Below, piece by piece: positions 25,529-32,000 of a DNA stretch of 32,000 nucleotides. Both the position numbers and the translations under genes were made by a program. Within the stretch, counting starts at the first letter, position 1. Each line of letters opens with the position of its first letter. The notes under the pieces were generated by a model. The model searched no databases, had not been told where the DNA came from, and worked only from the letters and a program-made list of their open reading frames with translations. Source of the DNA: Candidatus Electrothrix sp. GW3-4 (GTDB taxonomy: Bacteria > Desulfobacterota > Desulfobulbia > Desulfobulbales > Desulfobulbaceae); NCBI RefSeq assembly GCF_037902255.1, contig NZ_CP147990.1, positions 4,610,692 through 4,642,691 of the forward strand. The letters run 5' to 3'.

Positions 25529-25978
25529 ATGCGAGCAGTCATCCAACGCGTTACATCCGCCAAGGTCATGGTCGGTGATCGACAGACCGGGGCCATTGAC
25601 CAGGGCCTGCTGGTCCTCCTGGGTGTTCACAAAGACGACGAATCAAAGGACATCACTTGGCTGGCCGACAAGATAGTCAACCTGCGCATTTTTGAGGACG
25701 AGGAGGGCAAGATGAACCACTCCCTCACAGACACTGGCGGTTCCATGCTCATCGTGTCTCAGTTCACTCTGCTGGCCGACTGCCGCAAAGGCCGGCGGCC
25801 CTCCTGGTCAGAGGCCGCACCGCCGGACAAGGCGCGGCAACTGTATGAGGAGTTTGTCCAGGCTGTTGCCAACTCCGGCATCACCACCGCCACCGGAGAA
25901 TTCCAGGCCATGATGGAGGTCAGCCTGGTTAATTCGGGCCCTGTCACTATTCTCCTTGATTCCCACAAGCAATTTTAG
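25529..25978 (+). CDS. dtd: D-aminoacyl-tRNA deacylase
   Basis: MRAVIQRV start, SQFTLLAD and GRRPSW motifs; 149 aa. Confidence 0.93.
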   Translation: MRAVIQRVTSAKVMVGDRQTGAIDQGLLVLLGVHKDDESKDITWLADKIVNLRIFEDEEGKMNHSLTDTGGSMLIVSQFTLLADCRKGRRPSWSEAAPPDKARQLYEEFVQAVANSGITTATGEFQAMMEVSLVNSGPVTILLDSHKQF

Positions 25979-25979
25979 G

Positions 25980-26000
25980 ACAATATCCCTATTGTTTTTT
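25980..26000 (+). terminator. Small candidate rho-independent terminator after dtd
   Basis: ACAATA-tccc-TATTGT stem-loop followed by TTTTT. The stem is short and AT-rich. Confidence 0.4.
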
Positions 26001-26046
26001 CCGGTCTGCGCCGGTACCCGTCAATTCAACCCCAACAAGGTCTCAT

Positions 26047-28971
26047 ATGACAGATTTCATCCCAGGTTCCACCTATCATGGATTTATCTTGCGACGAAAA
26101 GAGCATGTTGCTGATATCAATTCCGAAGTCTATCTCTTTGAGCACGAGGTGCTCGGCACGCCAGCCCTGGCCATAAAAAACGCCGACCCGAATAAGACCT
26201 TCTGTTTCACCTTTCAGACTGTCCCCGAGGATTCCACCGGGGTTGCCCATATCCTGGAGCATTCCGTGCTCATGGGCTCGAAAAAATATCCGGTCCATGA
26301 TGTGTTCGGGGAGATCAATAAGGGCGGCCTGACCACCTTTCTCAATGCCATGACCGGTTCCGACACCACCTGGTATCCCTTTGCCAGCCGTAATACGACG
26401 GAATACTTTAATATCATGGATGTCTATTGCGATGTTGTCCTCAATCCCCTGCTCCCCCGCAGCACCTTTGAGCAGGAGGGCTGGCATTATCATAAGGAAT
26501 CTGAAGATGCGCCCTTGCAATTCCAGGGCGTGGTCCTCAATGAGATGAAAGGGGCCTTTTCCGACCCTATCCGCTCCATCTTTCATCACACCTTTGGCGG
26601 CCTGATGCCGAACTCAACCTATGCCCACGAGTCCGGTGGCGACCCCTCGGTCATCCCGGACCTCAGTTATGAGCAGTTTGTCGAGTTCCATCGCACACAT
26701 TATCACCCCTCCAACGGGATCCTCTTTTTTTACGGCGATGCGGACCTGGACCAGGAGCTGGCAGCGGTGCAGGATAATTTTCTCGCCTCCTATGACGAAC
26801 CAGGCAGCAAGGCCGAGATTGTCCGAGGGGATGACATCAGCGAACCGGTCTTTATTGAGGATGGCTATGCTGTGCAGCCGGGCAGCGACCTCAGCGGCAA
26901 GACCTATCTGGCGGTGGGCACGGCCGTGGGTACGGTCCTTGATCGTCAGCAGAATACCGCTTTTCAGATTATCGCCAATATCCTCTATAACTCCGATGCC
27001 TCTCCTCTGAAAAAGGCCATTGTCGAGGCTGGTCTATGCCGGGATTTCGGCGGGCTCTTTTTGGCAGATTCCTGTTATAAGACCTTTATGATGACCTATC
27101 TGGCCGGATCTGAGGCCGATAAACGGGACAGTTTTCTCGAGCTCTATCGTCGCACCCTGGAAGAGATTGTTGCCCAGGGGCTTGATCAGGATTTGGTCCT
27201 CTCCGAGCTGAATAAGTATGAATTTGCCTTTCGGGAAGATCTGACCAAGGCCCAGCGGGGCCTGGACCTTATCGGTAAGGTCTTGCCTGCCCTGAAACAC
27301 GGTTCTGATCCCTTTGAGGCCCTGGCCATTGAGGATCTTTTTGCTTCGATTCGAAAAAAGGCCCTGGAAGAAAAGTATTTTGAGGAGCTTATTCGCAATG
27401 AGCTCCTGGAAAACCTGGCCTTTGTTGCGGTCACCCTCTCTCCTGACCAGGAAAAGGCTACCCAGACGGCGGAGCAGGAACAGCAGCGGTTGGCCGCCTA
27501 TGAGCAGACCCTTGATCAGGAAAAGACAGCAACCCTGATCGCCAAGACCCAGGAGCTGATGCAACTCCAGCAGACCCCGAATTCCGAGGAAACCCTGGCC
27601 TTGCTGCCCCGTCTGTCCCGCCAGGACCTGGATCGGAAGCCCGATTTTCTTCGGGCCGAAGTGACGGATACCGATGATGTGACCTGCATCATTAATGAGC
27701 TGGATACCAATGCCATTGCCTATGTCCAGATAGGCCTGGATTGCTCGGCAATCTCTGCGGACTTGCTCCCTTGGCTTGACCTGTTTGGCACCATTGCCAC
27801 TGAGATCGGTACCGCCTCTCGGGACTATATGCGTTTTGCCAAGGATATCAATATCTGCACCGGTGGCTTCAGTCATTCCTTTGCCACCTATCAGCAGATG
27901 AATGCCCCGGAGACCCTGCAGCCCATCCTTTGGTTCCAGATCAAGGCCCTGTCCGGTTATCTCCCGCAGGCGCTTGAGCTGGTCAGCGAGGTCTTTGCTG
28001 ATCTGGACCTGACGAATCGTCAGCGTATCCGGGAGATTGTCTTGCGGGAGTTCACCTGGACAGAACATAATGTCCAGAGTGAGGGCTATAGTCTGGCTGC
28101 TTCCAGGGTTTTTGCCCATTTGAGCCGGTCCGGGATGATGAATGAGTATGTCCACGGAGTAACTTCATACTTGAAGCTGAAAGAACTGGTTGCTGCCTAT
28201 GACGAGCAGGAAGAGGTTTTTCTTGCTTGTCTTGAGGCCCTGCGCACCCAGGTGTTTCAGCCAGAGAACCTGAAGATCGCTATAAGCGGTTCTCGGCAGG
28301 ATATCGAGGTGATAAAGGAGCAGGCAGGGACTGTACGCAGCTCTTTGCAAGGGAGGCAACAACAGATTGAGGAAATTACATTTCCCGATTTGCCTGCCAA
28401 TCAAGCCTTCACCACCTCTGCTGATGTGGTCTATAACGTGCAGGGGTGCAGTCTGTTTACTGAGCTGGAGCAATATCGAGGCGATTTTGAGGTACTCAAG
28501 ACCTGGTTATCCCGTGATTACCTTTGGAATACAGTCCGGCAGCTGGGTGGTGCCTATGGCTGTTTTGTCCAGCTCCATCAATTAACAGGTAATGTTGCCC
28601 TGGTCAGCTATCGTGATCCCCAGGTAAGCAAGACCTATGCCGCCTATGATGCCATTGCCGATGCAGTGAGCAAGCTGGAGCTCAGCCGGGAAAAGTTGGA
28701 TCAGCTCATCATCGGGACCTACGGTACCTTGAACCCACTCCAGTCCCCGGCAGTGCAGGGGCTTGCGGCCCGGAATGAGTACTTGTGCGCGATTACCCCG
28801 GAGTATAAGCAGAAGCGGATTGGTCGGGTGATTGATACGGAGGTGGAAGATATGCGTTCCTATGCCGCCTTATTGGAGAACCTCAGCAGCAAGGGCTTCC
28901 GGGCAACGATCGGCAGTGGCGAGAAGATCAAGGCTCATGCCGAGCTCTTTGATGATATCCTTGGGCTGTAA
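26047..28971 (+). CDS. M16-family zinc metallopeptidase (insulinase / PreP-like, M16C type)
   Basis: Inverted zinc-binding motif HILEHSVLMGS near the N-terminus. 974 aa, the four-domain size typical of PreP-like enzymes. Confidence 0.9.
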   Translation: MTDFIPGSTYHGFILRRKEHVADINSEVYLFEHEVLGTPALAIKNADPNKTFCFTFQTVPEDSTGVAHILEHSVLMGSKKYPVHDVFGEINKGGLTTFLNAMTGSDTTWYPFASRNTTEYFNIMDVYCDVVLNPLLPRSTFEQEGWHYHKESEDAPLQFQGVVLNEMKGAFSDPIRSIFHHTFGGLMPNSTYAHESGGDPSVIPDLSYEQFVEFHRTHYHPSNGILFFYGDADLDQELAAVQDNFLASYDEPGSKAEIVRGDDISEPVFIEDGYAVQPGSDLSGKTYLAVGTAVGTVLDRQQNTAFQIIANILYNSDASPLKKAIVEAGLCRDFGGLFLADSCYKTFMMTYLAGSEADKRDSFLELYRRTLEEIVAQGLDQDLVLSELNKYEFAFREDLTKAQRGLDLIGKVLPALKHGSDPFEALAIEDLFASIRKKALEEKYFEELIRNELLENLAFVAVTLSPDQEKATQTAEQEQQRLAAYEQTLDQEKTATLIAKTQELMQLQQTPNSEETLALLPRLSRQDLDRKPDFLRAEVTDTDDVTCIINELDTNAIAYVQIGLDCSAISADLLPWLDLFGTIATEIGTASRDYMRFAKDINICTGGFSHSFATYQQMNAPETLQPILWFQIKALSGYLPQALELVSEVFADLDLTNRQRIREIVLREFTWTEHNVQSEGYSLAASRVFAHLSRSGMMNEYVHGVTSYLKLKELVAAYDEQEEVFLACLEALRTQVFQPENLKIAISGSRQDIEVIKEQAGTVRSSLQGRQQQIEEITFPDLPANQAFTTSADVVYNVQGCSLFTELEQYRGDFEVLKTWLSRDYLWNTVRQLGGAYGCFVQLHQLTGNVALVSYRDPQVSKTYAAYDAIADAVSKLELSREKLDQLIIGTYGTLNPLQSPAVQGLAARNEYLCAITPEYKQKRIGRVIDTEVEDMRSYAALLENLSSKGFRATIGSGEKIKAHAELFDDILGL

Positions 28972-28997
28972 TGTGGATGAAGAGTTGAAAACCGGTG

Positions 28998-29144
28998 TCA
29001 GCATCAGTACCCATGCGGTGCTGATGCTGGAGCGGAGGCGTGTGTTTTACACAGAGCTGTCAGGGACCGGGAGTCAGATACTCGTTGAGTAACATATATC
29101 AGACAGCTTGTGTCGGAAATGATAATTTCAGAACCATGCCGCAT
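28998..29144 (-). pseudogene. Truncated PIN-domain (DUF3368-like) toxin stub overlapping the antitoxin stop
   Basis: Manual translation: MRHGSEIIISDTSCLIYVTQRVSDS...HGY* (48 aa). The opening IIISDTSCLI matches the first acidic-residue strand of DUF3368/PIN toxins. Only 48 aa remain, and the remainder does not look PIN-like. Confidence 0.5.
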
Positions 29145-29355
29145 CGCGCAGGATATCCGCCGGAGGATAATTGATCAGAGAGACATTATAATCCGCCAGA
29201 ATCTCTGCAAAGGCCCTTGTGGAAAGTCCGGCAAGTTCAGCAGCCTGACCCAGGGACAGTTTCTCTGCCTCATACATCTTTGCAGCCAGAAACCTCTTGG
29301 TCTCCCGTACATTGAGCTGTAAACGCTCCGGTATAGTTATTGTGCATTGCGGCAT
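29128..29355 (-). CDS. UPF0175-family putative antitoxin (75 aa)
   Basis: The internal ATG at 29355 lies behind GGGAGAG. Family-typical KLSLGQAAELAGLSTRAFAEILADYNVSLINY. Confidence 0.75.
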   Translation of the reverse strand: MPQCTITIPERLQLNVRETKRFLAAKMYEAEKLSLGQAAELAGLSTRAFAEILADYNVSLINYPPADILRDAAWF

Positions 29356-29532
29356 TATGTGCTCTCCCTGATAACTTTCTGATTGCTGAACAGATTGATG
29401 GAGCGTCCCTGAAACACTTAATAGGATATTACCTGATGCGGGAAAGCGGGGCAAGATGAATGCGGCAGCCGGGCAGGGTACCCCCCTGAACCGAAAATGG
29501 TGCAGGGGGGGCTAAAGGCTATCAATAACAGG

Positions 29533-29877
29533 TTAGAACTTCTGGCATATTTGATAGGTGTCATCGTACCATCTACCAAAAATTTTTACCTTACCAACTA
29601 TATCTGCACAAACTTCACGTTCGCCAGCCCAGCAAATTCTTGCTTCAGCCCGAATATCGCCTCCGCCCGAATTGACATCCGAACACACCCCTTGCTCTGT
29701 TAGACATACCTTTGGCAACTTAAACTCCTCTGAAAATCCACCACCCGAGACTTCAATTGAACTCTCTACACAGGGGTTTCCTTCGTCATCAAGTGAAATT
29801 GACAAGCTAGTGCTAACAGTTACAGAAAGCTTGACTGTAAAACTACCAGAAAATGTTCTTGTAAATATATTGCTCAT
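29533..29877 (-). CDS. Cys-rich, Ser/Gly/Val-rich small hypothetical protein (114 aa)
   Basis: GGGAG RBS upstream of the ATG. Candidate promoter TTGCTT-16-TATTAT upstream. Six Cys, no obvious signal peptide, beta-strand-like alternating pattern (FTVKLSVTVSTSLSISL). Confidence 0.55.
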   Translation of the reverse strand: MSNIFTRTFSGSFTVKLSVTVSTSLSISLDDEGNPCVESSIEVSGGGFSEEFKLPKVCLTEQGVCSDVNSGGGDIRAEARICWAGEREVCADIVGKVKIFGRWYDDTYQICQKF

Positions 29878-30324
29878 GATTTGCTCCCTTTTTTAATTAA
29901 CCGACCAATACTCCCTTTGAGGAAGAATTCCTACATAATAAAAGAGTACGTGCGGAAAGCAAGATAAGTCAAGTTAAATAGAACCCCGCTTTATTTTTAT
30001 AGAAACGAGAAGGTGTCAAAAGGTACTCATGAATGTATCACACCCCTTTTTCAGACCGAGCAGCAAGACAGGCTGCTCGGGTAGAACGACGCTCCCTCGT
30101 TCCACCAGTTCCCCTGCACACGAAGCCTAGCAATCGTAACCTGTCTGACCGGAGTCAGGATCATCCCGCATGGGCGGTTTGCAAACCCCAAGGTACTACC
30201 CCGGCGGGATTCGCTACGTTCGTCTCAAGCTCCCTGACTGGCACAGGCGCCCTCTTCGACAAAAAAAGAGTATTCTTTACCAAAAGGATAAATACAGACG
30301 TTGATAAATGTCGATTTTTGGAGA

Positions 30325-30368
30325 ATCTAAAGGGTACCCCTCAGGGTATCTAAAGGGTACCCCTCAGG
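30325..30368. repeat. Perfect 21-nt direct repeat x2 (23-nt period) with a GGGTACCC palindromic core
   Basis: ATCTAAAGGGTACCCCTCAGG at 30325-30345 and 30348-30368. A related core (AGGGTACCCC) also occurs at 29475-29485. Confidence 0.9.
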
Positions 30369-30371
30369 AAG

Positions 30372-30412
30372 GCAAACCTTACGCCTTTTGGAAAGCAAAG
30401 CCTATGCCTTTT
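30372..30412. repeat. Imperfect 18-nt direct repeat x2, same 23-nt phase
   Basis: GCAAACCTTACGCCTTTT (30372-30389) and GCAAAGCCTATGCCTTTT (30395-30412), 15/18 identical. They directly abut the previous repeat pair. Confidence 0.6.
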
Positions 30413-30584
30413 GTCTTGCGGAAGGCATGCTGATCGTCGGACGGTGACACTGGTGAGGATCAAACGCTGACGCTCGTTAGGGTCGGACCGCAACCATGCA
30501 TTTGCAGGATAACCCACCGGAGGAGCAGAGATCGGAAGCGCTACAAGAGGAAGGTCTGCCGCCTTTGCCAGTTATGCAGGAGGT

Positions 30585-31730
30585 CTAATGGTTGGGTGCT
30601 TGATCTTCAGAGACTTCAGCAACGAGAAGAGGCGTCTTCATGGCGGGTCGATGCTCTTTCAGGTAGATATCTGAGAGGGTTTGAAAGGCGGTAACGATCA
30701 GGGGGCCGTAAATGATGCCCAACACCCCAAAGACGGACATCCCGCCAAGAATGGCCAAAAACACCAGCAGGGTGTGCATTTTAACCTGATCACCGACAAA
30801 TTTTGGTTTAAGCAGGTACTCCACAGTGAAGGAGAGCGCACCGTAAAAAAGAAAGGTCACAGCAGCCTGTCCAGGCGAGCCGTTTATCAGCAGAAGGGCG
30901 GAGGTCGGAAGCAGGACCAAGCCGATCCCGAAGATAGGAAGAAAGGCCAGAATCCCCATCACGCCCGCCCAAAGCACTGGTGACTTGATCCCCAGCACCG
31001 CGAAAAGTATACCCCCCATAACCCCCTGAAACACCCCGCTGATGCCGTTCCCTACCAGGATGACGCCTGAAATATCAAGAAATTTTTTCAAGAGCAAATT
31101 ATCCTGTTCTTCCGGTAGCGGTGAAAGTCGGGTAATGAAGCGGACCAGGCGGTCTATCTCAATGAGGAGAAAATAGATCATCAGGATCAAGAAACAAAAC
31201 TGGAGCACAAAGCTCATGATATTGGCGGCCCAGACAGAGGCCTTGCTGTAGATAAACAGGCCTGCCTCTTTGCTGAGGTCTGAAAAAATTTCTGTAATGT
31301 CTGAGGGCTGGAAATTAATACCAAAGCCTTGCAAAACTTCCTGGCTCTGGGTAATCCATTTGCTGTTTTGGATGATCTGTTGCAGCTTGAGCAGCATGTT
31401 TGTATCCCGGCCCAGCTGATAGACACTCAGGGCCTCTGAAGACAGGACAGCGATGCAGAAGGTGAGGGGGATAAAGATAATCAGGGCGATCAGGACGCAG
31501 GTCAGGCTGGAGGCCATCCAGGGGGATACCCATTTGTTGAGCCAGTTATAGACTGGTCGGAAGATACCTGCCAGCAAAAAGGCCAGGATGAGAAGCTGCC
31601 AAAAGGGCCAGAGTACCAGGCCGAGCAGAAGAACAGAGATCAGAAAGACCACTGTAAAATAGCGTGATTGAACGGCATCCTCCGGGGCGTGTCTTGGTTC
31701 CTTGAACTCGTGTTGTGGAGTATTTTGCAT
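30585..31730 (-). CDS. AI-2E family transporter (PerM/YhhT-like permease)
   Basis: 381 aa polytopic membrane protein with the family-typical layout and a Gly-rich C-terminal helix (LAILGGMSVFGVLGIIYGPLIV). Confidence 0.85.
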   Translation of the reverse strand: MQNTPQHEFKEPRHAPEDAVQSRYFTVVFLISVLLLGLVLWPFWQLLILAFLLAGIFRPVYNWLNKWVSPWMASSLTCVLIALIIFIPLTFCIAVLSSEALSVYQLGRDTNMLLKLQQIIQNSKWITQSQEVLQGFGINFQPSDITEIFSDLSKEAGLFIYSKASVWAANIMSFVLQFCFLILMIYFLLIEIDRLVRFITRLSPLPEEQDNLLLKKFLDISGVILVGNGISGVFQGVMGGILFAVLGIKSPVLWAGVMGILAFLPIFGIGLVLLPTSALLLINGSPGQAAVTFLFYGALSFTVEYLLKPKFVGDQVKMHTLLVFLAILGGMSVFGVLGIIYGPLIVTAFQTLSDIYLKEHRPAMKTPLLVAEVSEDQAPNH

Positions 31731-32000
31731 GATGGAACAGTACGATGGTCGCCTTTAGTAGGCCCTGGTAAGCCTTAGTAAGGTTGGGCAGAATTGCCGG
31801 ATAGGATTGCAGGTACTCGTACCCTTATGCAGAAGAATAACAGATAATCAATAAGGAAACAAGAGGGGAAGAGAGAAGGCGCAGGCATGCCAGGGAGGCG
31901 CCGAAGAGGTTTTTGAGGGGAGAATTCGGGGGAGGGTGCTCTGCATTGCAAGGCTCTTTGTTTTTAGCAGGCACCCCCCAGTTTATCGCTGCTGCTGGTC

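Noticed and set aside
30165-30215. TTTGCAAACCCCAAGGT... resembling the 5' region of tmRNA, and GCGAATCCCGCC (minus strand) resembling a T-arm
   Set aside because: There is no acceptor stem, no TTCGA-type T-loop with a complementary stem, no tag reading frame and no CCA-proximal 3' end. The similarity is short and out of order.
30033-30353. 106-aa plus-strand ORF
   Set aside because: It has a Pro/Arg/Ser-rich low-complexity translation and no RBS, and it reads straight through the 21-nt tandem repeats. It most likely arises from GC-rich non-coding sequence.
30325-30416. Possible CRISPR array
   Set aside because: There are only two copies of each repeat, with a 23-nt period and essentially no spacers, and no cas genes in the window.
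30371-30430. GGCAAACC ... GCAAAGCC strings resembling conserved cores of the c-di-GMP-I (GEMM-I) riboswitch
   Set aside because: The intervening sequence does not form the expected GNRA-capped P1 hairpin, and the ACGCAAAGCC context is incomplete. No same-strand gene lies downstream to be regulated. The two strings are better explained as two copies of a 23-nt-phased direct repeat.

Overview
This is a chromosomal window from what looks like an anaerobic, sulfate-reducer-type (Desulfobacterota-like) bacterium. That placement is inferred from gene content only; I cannot name the species. Most of the window is ordinary housekeeping: plsY, recO, a RodZ-like protein, a SurA-like chaperone, a TlpA-like thiol-disulfide oxidoreductase, a SirC/CcsA-like/HemA heme block, tgt, yajC, rsmE, dtd, a large M16 peptidase and an AI-2E transporter. 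Four regions are worth a second look. (1) 11.1-16.0 kb is a compact oxygen/peroxide-defence island: a Fur/PerR-family regulator with an extra C-terminal winged-helix-like domain, rubrerythrin, a 2-Cys peroxiredoxin, desulfoferrodoxin, a 52-aa rubredoxin missing from the ORF track, a flavodiiron protein, and an orphan with a desulforedoxin-like C-terminus. Related palindromes sit in its promoters. (2) 19.1-23.1 kb is an accessory block directly after a strong yajC terminator: two paralogous copies of a long+short DUF1566 (Lcl C-terminal-like) secreted-protein pair, bracketing a secreted protein with a tandem KGSKK(K) polylysine tail. (3) About 24.3-25.5 kb is a visibly AT-rich islet carrying one 342-aa orphan gene, preceded by about 560 bp of apparently decayed non-coding DNA. 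(4) 28.97-30.58 kb is a decayed accessory islet: a UPF0175 antitoxin with a truncated PIN-like toxin stub, a Cys-rich 114-aa orphan, a hairpin-dense GC-rich non-coding tract, and direct repeats phased at 23 nt. I could not support any tRNA, rRNA, CRISPR array, transposase or integrase. All functional calls come from motif recognition by eye in the supplied translations; no database search was possible.
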